Below are positions 1 through 12,665 of a stretch of DNA of 64,000 nucleotides, piece after piece. The notes below the pieces were generated by a model. It saw nothing but the letters and a program-made list of their open reading frames with translations, was not told the DNA's origin and ran no database searches. This stretch comes from Tubiluchus corallicola (taxonomy: Eukaryota > Animalia > Priapulida): NCBI GenBank assembly GCA_030141605.1, contig JAQGDQ010000976.1:10050-74049 (forward strand), written 5' to 3'. Within the stretch, counting starts at the first letter, position 1. Every line of letters begins with the position of its first letter. Made by a program: the position numbers and the translations under genes.

Positions 1-682
1 AACATAATTATATATGGTTCAAAACACAAAAGAGAAAAGAGAATATTTTAATGTTCAAAAAAACAAGATTTGCAAGATAAAATTTCAACTAGCAAAAAGA
101 AAGAAAAAAGGTAAAAAAGCAAGATAAATTGCCATGACACAATACATTAATTAAAATTTTTTTTGTATTTGAAAGATAACAAATTTATGATCCAGATTTA
201 ATTATCATAACAGCAGAAAACAAATAAATAGACATAGACATTTTATTTATCTCCTCATTTACACCAGAATTGGCTATTATCGTTATAATTCATAATTAAT
301 CATGATAAATTATGGATAAAGGAAAGAGTTAGGGGGGTGCATGAGAAAGGGTAGTGAAAGACAAATTAGTCACCAAGTCAGCAGCCCTTCTCGGGTTAGT
401 GGAAATTATAAGAAATTTGTAGCGCTGCTAATTTAACCTGTGTAATATAATTATGAAGTGGGTTAAGAAAATCAAACATAAATTTATAGGAAGTAAAAGG
501 TATGAGGTGGGCCACATAGTAGCGATGTTACGAAATGTTCAATGGATCCGGCACATTACAAACTTTTGATATTTGGTGATTGCAGCAATGGTGTAAAGCT
601 ATTGTTCCTTCTCCCTCCAAAATTACGATTTCGTTTAAATTCTTCGCCCTGTAGCAAACGTAGAAACCGCTGAAACATTTAA

Positions 683-1237
683 AGCAAAACCTGAACCCAA
701 TCTTAAACTGTAGGTCAATTTATTCTTTAAAATATTGAAAGGAAACACACTATTTTTTCAAAAATAACTTAGGTGAAAGAATTATTACCACACAAACAGT
801 TTCGCATTCGCGTCACTAGTTCTTTGCTGTTACATGCATTTCGCCATTCGCTAGTTAGACGGGCACAAGTGCCTGCATTTCGGAAACGTATTGCGCAAAA
901 ATCAGGTGCTGTGCCTCTCAGTACAGATGTGTTCGTTTACTATCAGCACAGTGGTAAATTTGAAATTCGAATTTTTATCTTAAAACAACTTGTCTAGTTT
1001 TAGTACAACACAATAAATATCTTACAGTGGCACTGTACTTCAATTTCCGCTTTCACAAACACGTGCAACACGCTCGTGGAATATTTTTGCTGTTGAAAAT
1101 TATGTTAGTTTGTGATGTCATCGATAGTTGAGATCGCCCGCCATTAATTAATATTTTAATCTATTATTTAATTATCAGAAATGCTTTGACAGTATAATTA
1201 GTACTAAAATGTACATGAAAAATCATCTTGTCTTCCT
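683..1237 (+). mobile_element. Non-autonomous TTAA-specific DNA transposon (Kolobok-like), family A copy 1
   Basis: TTAA on both sides (679-682, 1238-1241); termini AG...CT with imperfect ~13-bp TIR (AGCAAAACC.GA / AGGAAGACA.GA); six homologous copies in the window. Confidence 0.75.
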
Positions 1238-1295
1238 TTAAATTAGATACTCCCTGTTCAGTTATTTGTTTTACCTAATGTAATTTGATTTCCAG

Positions 1296-1451
1296 GTGAG
1301 GGCGTTTGCTGCCAACACAGACAGATACGCATTGGTATCACACGCTTTGTCAGTACCCACAGCATATTTTATAAGAGTTCATATCACTGGAACAAGTCAT
1401 AACGATAGAGCTGCACTTAAAATGGAAGTGTATGGCTGTGTGTTAAACTGA
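1296..1451 (+). CDS. Terminal coding exon of an F5/8 type C (discoidin/FA58C) domain protein; upstream exons lie outside the window
   Basis: Acceptor ttgatttccag|GTG with a CTAAT branch-like motif ~20 nt upstream. Translates VRAFAANTDRYALVSHALSVPTAYFIRVHITGTSHNDRAALKMEVYGCVLN*, matching the FA58C C-terminal pattern F.xN.D...H.l..p..ryiR....alrmElyGC. AATAAA at 1555-1560. Confidence 0.8.
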   Translation: MRAFAANTDRYALVSHALSVPTAYFIRVHITGTSHNDRAALKMEVYGCVLN

Positions 1452-3018
1452 GCTAGCTGATAAGACAGGATTGTGTCACGTAAAACCATGTGTTATGTAT
1501 AGAAAGCCTTCACTATTTCATTCATGTTCCAAAGTCGTTTATTCTAAGGAGAATAATAAAGAGAACATTAACAAGTAAGAAAATGAATAAAATGATAAAC
1601 GGAAGCTTAATAATTACGAAGAAGTCGACTTATTGGTAAAAGTACTTTCTCAAACTTCAGAGATTGAATTCATAACTTAATTAAATTATTTAAATTCATG
1701 TAACTTACATCGTTGGCTCTTCGTCAAGATTTAAAATTTCTCAAGGTACAAATTTGGTAATAACGAAACGCTGTTGTTAACTATAACACAAAAACGATAA
1801 AAAAAACATCGCTGTGAATAAGAACGCAACCAACATTGTTCTCCTCCTGTCCTTTCCTCTCCACATTGCTCGTAGAGGGCAGCACCTTCCAATAAATAAG
1901 TGTCGTTATGCATATTGCAGTTACAGCATGAATAAAAACAGCTAAAAATTAAATAAAAGCGATGACAGTTTTACTCATCGATTACGTTTGAATTACGGGT
2001 GAATTCTTTAGCATGCTCAGCTGTTATTCCTGTTGTGAAACTCCACTGTGTCACGAGTGTTCCATGGGTAGTTATTGCACTGTGACCACCTCGAATGCAC
2101 ACCATGACTTTTTGTTAGACAAAATAAAATGTGGATTCTTCACTAAACTTGCCTTATTTCTCCTACGCTGACTCAAGTTGTTCTGTATTTTCAATATTTC
2201 TATTAGATTTATACACTGCATATTAAAACAATTAATCGACATGGACATAGACACAGACATAAGGAAAAAGCAGACTCATTTTAATTCATATTTATTTAAT
2301 TTAATTTTGACATTATTTCCTTGTCTGACCTGTGCTACCATCTTATAAAAAAATTTCCAACAACATAGTTGTGTAGCTTGTATTGTTTAATATGAAAACA
2401 AATAAGATAATTTTATATAATTTTGCTCAATTTTACAGCAAAATCTAAACCAAATTGATCTAATTAACTTTAACAAACTTTTACGCAAATTATAAAATCT
2501 AATCTCTAGTCTAATTAATCTAATCTTTTTAATAAACAAAGGTTCAAGATTTAAGAAATTAATAAATCAACTTACATGGTGATCTTCTATAAGTGTAGTT
2601 ATGAAATTATAACAACGAATCAATGAATGACGCTAAACAATCTGTAACTGCAGTGTGTGAATGCCTGAGTGACTCCAATCTACAGGTAAGTGTACAGGTA
2701 AAAGACTGGTCACATGACCTGTTTATAAGGAAACCAGTTTATAACAGAAAAGAGGGGGCAATACAAGTTTAAATCAGCACATGACCCCTAAATATAAACC
2801 TGAAAATACCGACACAACAATTTTCACCATTTCACAACAACACAATGAGATATGTTCCAGTGTTTTGTGGCACTTTTTACAAACAAAATCAAGAAAAGAT
2901 GTCCCTGATTTCTGATTGTGCGTAAAAACTATTAAAATAAAATATCGCAGTAACTATTATAACACAGCATATATGATCTAGTAAAATGTTCGAACTTTTA
3001 CAATTCTTCCTATTTGAG

Positions 3019-3137
3019 CTAAAGCCGAGTTCGTCGCTCATTTTCACCATTGTGTTTACAAGGCACCTCGAATGTATGAAGGCCATTCAAGTCGTGAACA
3101 TTGTACGGAAACTTTGGAAATCCGACACAGGCTGCAC
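3019..3137 (-). CDS. AGA: AGA exon 8 (terminal)
   Basis: tttttgtttag|GT GCA GCC TGT; GAACVGFPKFPYNVHDLNGLHTFEVPCKHNGENERRTRL*. The eight exons sum to 1083 nt in frame (360 aa + stop). Confidence 0.9.
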
Positions 3138-3404
3138 CTAAACAAAAACAATACTCTTCATTGTTTTGCTTAATCCGCAAAATCAATTTGTGTTACATAA
3201 AAATGAACTTTTTGATTACAATTTTTATCAAAGCTGTCTCCTGTGACATTCTCTTATATGCCCAGCGGCATTAATGATCTTTGTACAAATTAAAAGAACC
3301 ATAAAGTCACAGAATTATTCGAAAATTTACATTTTCACAACAACATTTATGTGAAACAGCCCTTAGAACATGTACTGCAACATTTGGAATGAAACACAAT
3401 GCGC

Positions 3405-3430
3405 ATGCACCACACACACACACATCCTCA

Positions 3431-3505
<75 letters not shown>

Positions 3506-4073
3506 GCACACACACGTGCACACACACATCTCACACACACACACGCACAGATTTTGCTGCACTGCACAGGTTCTCAACTAGGAAACTACGAAAGCACTTA
3601 ATTAAGTACTACAGGCAAAGCAGCGCACACAATGTGCATGCACACACACACACACACCACACACACACACACACGCACACATCCTCACACACACACACGC
3701 GCACACAACACACACACACGCACAGATTTTGCTGCACTGCACAGGTTCTCAACTAGGAAACTACGAAAGTACTTAATTCAGTAGTACAGGCGAAGCAGCG
3801 CACACAATGTGCATGCACACACACGCACACACACACACGCACAGATTTCGCTGTGCTGCACAGGTTCTCAACTAGGAAACTACGAAAGCACTTAATTCAG
3901 TAGTACAGGCGAAGCAGCGCACACAATGTGCATGCACACACACACACACATACACATCCTCACACGCACGCACACGTCTCACACACACACGCACGCACGG
4001 ATTTTGCTGCACTGCACAGGTTCTCAACTAGGAAACTACGAAAGCACTTAATTCAGTAGTACAGGCGAAGCAG
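3405..4073. repeat. Compound minisatellite: 4 copies of a ~90-bp unit separated by variable (CA)n tracts
   Basis: CAGATTTTGCTGCACTGCACAGGTTCTCAACTAGGAAACTACGAAAGCAC... at ~3548, 3723, 3842, 3998. Confidence 0.92.
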
Positions 4074-4200
4074 CCCCGTTCACTAACTCTACAGACTGCA
4101 GTGTTACTTTCAACAATAATGTTCAGCCACACGTTGAGTTGTTGTATCATTCACATCCATTAGCCCGAAATTACTTTCTTATTGTAATAACATGTAATTA

Positions 4201-4670
4201 CAGTCGTGGCCAAAAGTTTAAACCCTGTGATTACGACGTGAATTCTGAGCTTTTTTGGTATTCAATACCATATCGACGGGATAACAAGCATTGATGACGT
4301 CACAGCGAGGATGACGTCATCAAGTCAGAGACATATGCGCATGTGCAGTTGATCGCTCATCCTCTTACCTGTCATTAGAATTACCGTCCAACATAATCAG
4401 ACGACTGGTGAGGAAGCTACTGCCGAGAGCGCGTCTAAGACAATTCCCGCAACCGTAGTGATGACGTCATCAATGCGATGACGTCATCATCTCGTAAGTC
4501 CTGCACATGCGCAACAAAAACATTTATTTGCAATTTTCATTTACCTTCCTAATGAGCCATCGTGTGTACGAATCGGTCCACCATGAGGGAAAATATATGG
4601 TATTGAATACCAAAAAAGCACAAAATTCTCATCGTAATCACAGGTGGGTTTAAACTTTTGACCACGACTG
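4201..4670. mobile_element. Tc1/mariner-type MITE in AGA intron 7
   Basis: TA TSD both sides; ~75-bp TIRs beginning CAGTCGTGG(C/T)CAAAAGTTTAAACCC, a typical Tc1 terminus. Confidence 0.88.
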
Positions 4671-4841
4671 TACCATTACAATGTAATACTATATTGAACG
4701 TGTTTTGTCTCTTGTGTTGCCTAAGGTCATGTGCATTACTGATCATAAACTATACTACAGTGCACTACCGTGAAATGGTCACGTGAAAGCTAAGCTCATT
4801 TTATGGCTTCGATAACCAGGATTGACTAAACATCGGCATAC

Positions 4842-4975
4842 CATGTTCTCCTTTAGCGTTTGACACCACGACTGCTCCAGAAAAACTTGGATGAACTCTT
4901 GTGATGCGACTGATCGCGTCCTCAGCAGCCTCTTCCGGGGAATGACCAAGTCGCATGCTTTCTACGGCTTGATAA
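4842..4975 (-). CDS. AGA: AGA exon 7
   Basis: tttttctag| ... |gtatgc; 134 nt; YQAVESMRLGHSPEEAAEDAISRITRVHPSFSGAVVVSNAKGEH. Confidence 0.95.
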
Positions 4976-6197
4976 CTAGAAAAATGATAGATTTCTTAAG
5001 TATCACGTAATTACAGAGAAACGGTTTGTATTACGATATGCTGTTAACAAACGCTGTACTGTATTGTGCCTGTCTTTGAAACAGCCTGCATCTAATGTCT
5101 GCATGTAAATACTGTATTGTTAAGTAAACAATTTGATAATATGCATTTTTGTTATGTAGTTGTGCCATAATTAATGTTTTTTAGACTTAGACTTGGCAGA
5201 AAGTGGTAGTACTTAAGGAGGTGCTGCCATCTTTTGGTTGTTTGCCTGTAAAAATAATTTACCTATTTCTTAAGCTGTTTACTGCACTATCTATTTACAT
5301 ACCATTTACTGGGTTTCAACTAGAGCTAATGAGGTGTAACAGGAGTCCTAGCTGTCGTATGTTGGGCAGTAGTAGTTCAGCTTTCATAATCTGCTGGTAA
5401 AGTTCAGATTTCAGATTTCACAATGTAGTTTGTTAAGGTATGTTTGCTTCAAATTATATTCTGTGGTTTTTTTATTTACCTAAACTGAGGTTAGTGCTTT
5501 AAATTTAATTTTTGTTGTAGAGAGTTAAACCTAAGTAAATTATTAAGTTCTAAATGTTGCTTTTTACTTTTATTATTTCAGAATGCAATTTATGTTGAAC
5601 CACCCCCCCCCCCCGCCTCTACACCGCCTTCACTTCTTTTTTGAGCACAGTAATAAAGGAAATCAACCTGTACCAAAGTGTTCATCATTTTTTATTGAGG
5701 TTATGGGTTACAACATGCAGACAGACAAACTGGACAAAACAAGTGCGAACACAGAAATGAGTTATCAAATCTAAACAACAGCAGCATCAATTTGACAAAT
5801 AACCATATCAATGAATTTTATATCATTTTCACTAAAAAATATCAATGTTTTCACAAAAAGTCATATTCGTGTGCTGCAGTTTTGTCATAACATTTTTGTC
5901 CCTAATTTTTTAAATCATTCTTTATTACCTGAAGACAATTGCTAGTGTGCAGTGTAAGTGGCGATGTTTTTAAACTAATTATTTTTTTAAATTCATTGAT
6001 ACTGTGGGACATTTAATCAAATGAGCAAAGGAACTTTAGTGGCACTCTAACATGAACGTTAGTCAGCTTTATGCCAATCACGTAAATTCTAAAAAAAAGC
6101 TCATTTATTTTAACTTAATAAAAATTTGAGTCTCTCTCTGTCTTTGTTTATGGAAATTTCATACAAATTAATCTACTCAATTCAGCTAATGGTAATG

Positions 6198-6731
6198 CAG
6201 GGATGAGAATGCCAAATTGTAAAAAACTCTGAAAGAGGCCGGGGGTTTTGGGGCCGCCTAGGCCCCTAATGGGGTTGAGGGGCAAAGTCCCCATGGGGGT
6301 TCAAGAGGGCAAAGCAACAAATTGCAATTTTGTGACCATAGAGAGGCTCTAAGAGGACTTAAAATATCAATTACCTTGTTTCATGCATAATTTAAAATAC
6401 CCAACTATCAAGGATACATGATACCTAATTGTCTCAAAAATGCCTAAGTACTGACCGCTCCTATGCAAAAGTATATAAAAACTGTCTGCAATTGACTCAA
6501 ATAACTCCGCACAATTGATTCTATATTTTTATACATAGAGATATACACGTGGTTACACTAATGTACGTGATATAAACAATGTGACGGCCTGCCAACTAGC
6601 GGTCAGCTTGTGAAATAATGTACAGGGTCCGTAAAAATTTTCTCAACGAATTTGCGCGATTTACAAAAATGGCACTACTGGTCTTCCGAAAACTCGGAAT
6701 TCCGCGTATCTGCAGAAAATTCTCATCCCTG
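6198..6731. mobile_element. MITE with CAGGGATGAGAA termini in AGA intron 6
   Basis: TIR CAGGGATGAGAA / TTCTCATCCCTG; direct repeat GGTAATGC overlapping both ends. Confidence 0.8.
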
Positions 6732-6882
6732 GTAATGCTGCCTGTCTTTGCGATAACAACGACCTTCTATATATTTAACTTCTGTATATTTTACGAAAAA
6801 AACTCAAAGACTTTTAAATTTTATATATATCATGTGACTATCACAAGTATGCAGATCAATCACACTGCTACTTCAAGATTAC

Positions 6883-6990
6883 CTTGGAAGAAAGCGCATC
6901 ATAATATCACCATCACCTGTTGCAGCTGCAGCACCAACGCCATTAACAGCGTAGCCGCCTGATCCAACTATTGGAGAATCACCAACTCTT
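6883..6990 (-). CDS. AGA: AGA exon 6
   Basis: catttcag| ... |gtaatc; 108 nt; [36 protein letters not shown]. Confidence 0.97.
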
Positions 6991-7262
6991 CTGAAATGCA
7001 AATTTTATCTTAATATGAATGAATTTGTTTCAGTTACTAAATCGGCTGTTGATCGTAAGAAAATAAGTTTTACTGAAAACTGATGAAAAGTGCAGATTTG
7101 GTGCATTGAATTCCAGCTGCTTCGTCAGCACAACTGGTTAATTAATTTACAGTTAGTGTCACAATAGAAAGCAGCTGTGAAGAACCACAGAAGGTGAAAC
7201 ATTTTAGAATGAAACAGCATCGAATCATGAAGTGGAAGATTACAGTGAGTGTAAATAAGGAT

Positions 7263-7877
7263 AATATGTGTGCTTGCATGGCAAAAGCGTTCATAAGTCG
7301 GCAATTATGCTTTTCTACTTATTCACACATCCGGAATTTCCATTTCATGAGGATCATTTTGATAATTCAGGTTGAAGTTGAGGTGCAGGCTACGCACCGA
7401 AAAACCTAATCTTGGGAAAAACGCTGTTAAAGTCAGCCATTGTTTTTTGTCACATCTTTGCAAAACACTTATGAAAGTGTGGTTGTTATGGATTTTACAA
7501 GAGCAAATTAAAATTACATTTAAATCCAGTAGACGGCTCTTCCAGATGAAGATCTGGTCTTGTCAACAGAAAAAACCCGAAGCAAAATGGCTGCTTCCAC
7601 AAGCTACAATCAGAGTTAGAAAATACAAGTTTTTTACAATTGCGGTACTAGTTCCTAGACAGAAAAGTGGGTAAGGAGTTATACAATTAGATTTCTAGTA
7701 TTTTTGGACATTTTCCTGATAATTTGATGCTAGAATATAAAAGTCCAATATTTGTTTTCATAAAAAATAAAAAATTGACATTTGACAAAATTCTTGCTGC
7801 ATTCTACTTTCAAGCATCATAACGTAGTTTTAACTATGCCGACTTATGGACGGTTTTGGTTTGCAAGCACACATATT
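7263..7877. mobile_element. Unclassified MITE with ~41-bp TIRs in AGA intron 5
   Basis: AATATGTGTGCTTGCA...AAAA.CGT.CATAAGTCGGCA at 7263 is inverted at 7837-7877. Confidence 0.7.
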
Positions 7878-8019
7878 GTGTTCCTACACAAAAACGATCC
7901 ACGGCATAGTTATTAAGTCCTTATTTTGCAGACAGAGAACCTAAATCTTATAATTACATGAGATTTAGCAAATATATAAGATCTAGGGACATAACATATT
8001 TTGAACTATAGCTTGCCTT

Positions 8020-8690
8020 TATAAGTCATAAGTCATTTATTTCACCTTACACATTTACATTAGTTTCATGTACAATATCTAGTGAAAGGGCCTACAATGA
8101 ACATAATACAAATAAGAAATACTGCACAGGAAAAGCTTCAAACACTGTTCACCTATATACGAAGGTAAATGTGTTGCAGGCAATCAAAAAGAGGGCTTGT
8201 TAGATTGTCCCACACAGTGAAAGAAAAAGAGTAATGGAAATAATCTGAAAATTTAAAGTAAATAGTGTGATAAAAAAAACACTAGTGCTTAAAATGGAAT
8301 GATGTAATGAATGAAACTCATATATGAGATGATATAAAAGATAGAAAGACTATTATTTGTTAACAGTATGTAAAATTAAAATAACTTGATTAAGCTAACA
8401 CCTCTGTTTTGCAACTACAGTGAGGATGGATACTGATAGAAATTTTGATTACTCACTGATACTTACTTGAAATTTGATTTTTTAGCATTTATTTAAATCT
8501 AGTAATAGATCTGCTATTTTTTGCGGATTGACAAATCTCATTCCAGACTTTTGGTCCTTGGTATATTATAAAATGTCTAGCTATGTTGGTTCTACAGAAA
8601 GGCACAGTGTATTGATTAAATCTTGTATTATATCTCTTAGATGTCAATTTGACAGGAATTGCAAAAAACTTAGGAAATAAGGTTATGTAA
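8020..8690 (-). mobile_element. 3' end of a CR1/L2-group LINE in AGA intron 5
   Basis: RYNTR...VPFCRTNIARHFIIYQGPKVWNEI...SITRFK is a typical ORF2 C-terminus; ends AATAAA + (TGACTTA)2 tail. Confidence 0.8.
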
Positions 8691-8707
8691 TAATCATATA
8701 TGCTTAC

Positions 8708-8907
8708 CCAGGAACTTTCCAAGTTGCACCGTTTGTTGAAGTTCCCACGGCTAACTTATCTTTGACATCCATGGAAATCATACCTATGGTGTCGTGATTT
8801 TTCTCGTCAAACTTTAGTTCCTTTCTTGAAGTCCAACTCTGCTTCATGAACTTCTTTACGAGAGGTTTGTATGGTCCACACGATGTTGTCGGATCAGGAG
8901 ATACGTT
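8708..8907 (-). CDS. AGA: AGA exon 5 (contains the HD|TIG autocleavage site and catalytic Thr)
   Basis: aattcag| ... |gtaagc; 200 nt; NVSPDPTTSCGPYKP...DEKNHDTIGMISMDVKDKLAVGTSTNGATWKVPG. Confidence 0.96.
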
Positions 8908-9160
8908 CTGAATTCAGTAATGGCCACAAACTATTATCTTACACTGTGCAATATTGTTTTCTACGATTTAAAAGAATCAAATTATAGTGCAAAGGCAAAC
9001 TGTTAAAACTGTAAAACTCTGACCATTTGTGTGAGTATCCTTAATTAAATAAATCTGGCAGCAGACTAGACAGTAAAAAAAGTTGAGTTGAACTAAATCA
9101 AAAATGTTCGAAAGAAGTTGGCCACCTTTGCAATAAACCAAAAATTTTTCAGACAAATGT

Positions 9161-10280
9161 AAAATCCTACTATACGATATACAGTATTAAACTCTTACTA
9201 TACGATATACAGTATTAAAATCCTACTATACGATATACAGTATTAAAATCCTACTATACGATATACAGTATTAAACTCCTACTATACGATATACAGTATT
9301 AAAATCCTACTATACGATATACAGTATTAAAATCCTACTATACGATATACAGTATTAAAATCCTACTATACGATATACAGTATTAAAATCCTACTATACG
9401 ATATACAGTATTAAACTCCTACTATTCGATATACAGTATTAAAATCCTACTATACGATATACAGTATTAAAATCCTACTATACGATATACAGTATTAAAA
9501 TCCTACTATACGATATACAGTATTAAACTCCTACTATTCGATATACAGTATTAAAATCCTACTATACGATATACAGTATTAAACTCCTACTATTCGATAT
9601 ACAGTATTAAACTCCTACTATACGATATACAGTATTAAAATCCTACTATACGATATACAGTATTAAACTCTTACTATACGATATACAGTATTAAAATCCT
9701 ACTATACGATATACAGTATTAAACTCCTACTATTCGATATACAGTATTAAAATCCTACTATACGATATACAGTATTAAAATCCTACTATACGATATACAG
9801 TATTAAAATCCTACTATACGATATACAGTATTAAACTCCTACTATTCGATATACAGTATTAAAATCCTACTATACGATATACAGTATTAAACTCCTACTA
9901 TTCGATATACAGTATTAAAATCCTACTATTCGATATACAGTATTAAAATCCTACTATACGATATACAGTATTAAAATCCTACTATACGATATACAGTATT
10001 AAAATCCTACTATACGATATACAGTATTAAACTCCTACTATACGATATACAGTATTAAAATCCTACTATACGATATACAGTATTAAAATCCTACTATACG
10101 ATATACAGTATTAAAATCCTACTATACGATATACAGTATTAAAATCCTACTATTCGATATACAGTATTAAACTCCTACTATACGATATACAGTATTAAAC
10201 TCCTACTATTCGATATACAGTATTAAACTCCTACTATACGATATACAGTATTAAACTCCTACTATTCGATATACAGTATT
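9161..10280. repeat. 28-bp minisatellite, 40 copies
   Basis: AAA(A/C)TCCTACTAT(A/T)CGATATACAGTATT. Confidence 0.97.
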
Positions 10281-10581
10281 GAAACTACTTTAAAGTTTGT
10301 ATTAGATTCTACATCATTCACTGTCTATTTGCTCCAATTTCTGCTGTTGTCTTTTAAATTTAGCCAAGTTTGACTATACTAGTTGGTTTTACAGCAGATT
10401 TAGAGCTCTATGTAATTTTCAATGAACGGCAGCTGTGTCAGTGCATGAACATTTCAATACAATGGTATTATAACTTTATGTATCCATTTTTTACAAATTT
10501 CTTTGTTATATTTTTATCTAAGTTAAAGTGATAGCACAAAATAAAGTAACATGCTCAAAGGCGTGTCTTTTCCTTTAATAA

Positions 10582-11006
10582 TAGCACCACATCAATATAA
10601 CTATAGAGCACCACATCGATATAACTATAGAGCACCACACCGATATAACTATAGAGCACCACATCGATATAACTATAGAGCACCACATTGATATAACTAT
10701 AGAGCACCACATTGATATAACTATAGAGTACAACATCGATATAACTATAGAGCACCACATCGATATAACTATAGAGCACCACATCAATATAACTATAGAG
10801 CACCACATCAATATAACTATAGAGCACCACATTGATATAACTATAGAGCACCACATTGATATAACTATAGAGCACCACATCAGTATAACTATAGAGCACC
10901 ACATCAGTATAACTATAGAGTACCACATCAATATAACTATAGAGCACCACATCAGTATAACTATAGAGTACCACATCAATATAACTATAGAGCACCGCAC
11001 CAATAT
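10582..11006. repeat. 24-bp minisatellite, ~17 copies
   Basis: AGCACCACATC(A/G)ATATAACTATAG. Confidence 0.97.
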
Positions 11007-11067
11007 AAAACATTACTCATTTCTAGAACAAAAAGTACAGTTTCAAATAATCAATCAGTCAACTGAC

Positions 11068-11180
11068 CTTTCTAAAATTCGGTTGACATTTGCCTTCCTT
11101 CCAGTTTTCCCAGCGTTCTGTTGAACTTGGTGTTGATAAACTTTCCTCATGAAAACCCATCTCAACTGCAAACTGTGTAG
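11068..11180 (-). CDS. AGA: AGA exon 4
   Basis: tgtttttag| ... |gtcagt; 113 nt; [38 protein letters not shown]. Confidence 0.95.
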
Positions 11181-11398
11181 CTAAAAACAAGCTGCTGCTC
11201 ATTAGCTGTGCCAATTAATATGCTAATAGGATCTCAGCATGCTTAAATAATAAATCTTGAAAATAATCTTTTCTTGTTATAAAAAATCACACAAGAAGTT
11301 ACCATTTACTCTACACAAAACTCATAAATGTAAACTATGGTCACTAAAATAGTAATAATATTATTATATTTAAATAATTATTTACAGGTACCTTATAG

Positions 11399-11899
11399 CA
11401 GGGGTGTGCAAATTATCTGACTAGCCGGGCCACTTTAAACTTTCCCGCAATTCCTGCTGGCCACAGGCAGTTTGATCAAGAAGCCAAGTACAGAAAGGCC
11501 TAATAACGATTTTTTTTGCATCAGACCTGTGTACATCATTACTACTGCACTCAAGAAACTATTTTAGAAGTTATTAAAATTTATATTACAAACCATATAT
11601 TTCTACTTTCAGGACAGATAGTGGTAATTTCATTACAATGCGTATTAGTAATGTGTATCACACAGTCCGTGTAGTACAGTGACATTAAGCTACAACCGTC
11701 TTGTAAGGGTAAATGGCATCCGATCTAGTAGAAAAAACTACCCGCACTATCTTTGGGATCGTGGCACGGACTTCAGCTGCATACACTCAATTAATCGCCC
11801 GGGCCGCACTTTCATTAGGTTGACAAATCTCTTCGCGGGCTGCACAAATTCTCTTGGCGGGCCGAATGTGGCCCGCGGGCCGCAATTTGCACACCCCTG
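11399..11899. mobile_element. hAT (Charlie-like) MITE, family C copy 1, AGA intron 3
   Basis: TIR CAGGGGTGTGCAAA; 8-bp TSD CCTTATAG/CTTTATAG; subterminal GGCCCGC motifs. Confidence 0.88.
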
Positions 11900-11904
11900 C
11901 TTTA

Positions 11905-12391
11905 TAGTGTTGCTCCGGATACACTTTTTTGCCGGAGAGCGAAAAACGGAAATATTCGAATATTTCCTCACATTGACTTCTGGATTCGGATTATAAGTGG
12001 ATAGGTTAGCTAAATTCGGATCGAATATGCAGATCAGTTTGGATAATGAAAAATTAGTAGCTATTTCAAATTTTAGCGTTTTCATTTAGTCTATCTTCTT
12101 AAACGATCTAGCCCGAAGATACACCATATTGCCACACACAAACGAAAAAAGCTGTGTGTAAAATTTTCATCTTGAAAACACAAACAATCTCCAAGTTCTT
12201 TGGAAATATTTTATTTATTTATTTCTGGCTGTTAAATTATCTTAAAACCTTTTTCAATTACACATTACGAAAATCGGATAGCGAATATGAAATTTTAATA
12301 ACTAGTGTGTAACATCGGATATGAATACCTGCAAAAATCTCACGAACATCACCTTTTTATGGATACGAATTAGATATCTGGAGCAACACTA
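11905..12391. mobile_element. hAT-like MITE, family D
   Basis: TIR TAGTGTTGCTCC(G/A)GATA; 8-bp TSD GTACCTTA (11388-11395) / ATACCTTA (12392-12399). Confidence 0.82.
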
Positions 12392-12552
12392 ATACCTTAT
12401 TAGCAGATATGTAAAACTAATAATACTCAATAGTCTCGTCTTGTCTCAAGATATTCGGTTTTCAATTCACATGCTCAGTTAATTGATATATTACAAAAAT
12501 TAAGCAGAAAGACTCAAATCTTCAGCACAGAAGTAAACTTTATATAACATAC

Positions 12553-12665
12553 CTAGGTCACCCACAAGAAGCGTATGCTTCGTGTACTGCAGAACAGCTT
12601 TGGCTACTCCGATTGCATTTTTAACTCTCCGTAAACCAGCAACTGATCCAACCTCATAATTTGAC
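12553..12665 (-). CDS. AGA: AGA exon 3
   Basis: attattag| ... |gtatgt; 113 nt; SNYEVGSVAGLRRVKNAIGVAKAVLQYTKHTLLVGDL. Confidence 0.97.

Noticed and set aside
225-650. Possible LINE 3' end on the - strand
   Set aside because: Only an AATAAA + short tandem tail is visible; no ORF remnant or second copy to support it.
3022-3030. AGA C-terminal TRL as a peroxisomal targeting signal
   Set aside because: Non-consensus PTS1, and the protein has an N-terminal signal peptide for the lysosomal route.
3405-4073. Repeat-spacer architecture resembling CRISPR
   Set aside because: Spacers are only (CA)n of variable length, the unit is ~90 bp, it lies in a eukaryotic intron and no cas genes are present.
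4108-4175. Alternative AGA last exon ending ...VAEHYC*
   Set aside because: No good acceptor and no GAAC motif; the exon at 3019-3137 fits the family.
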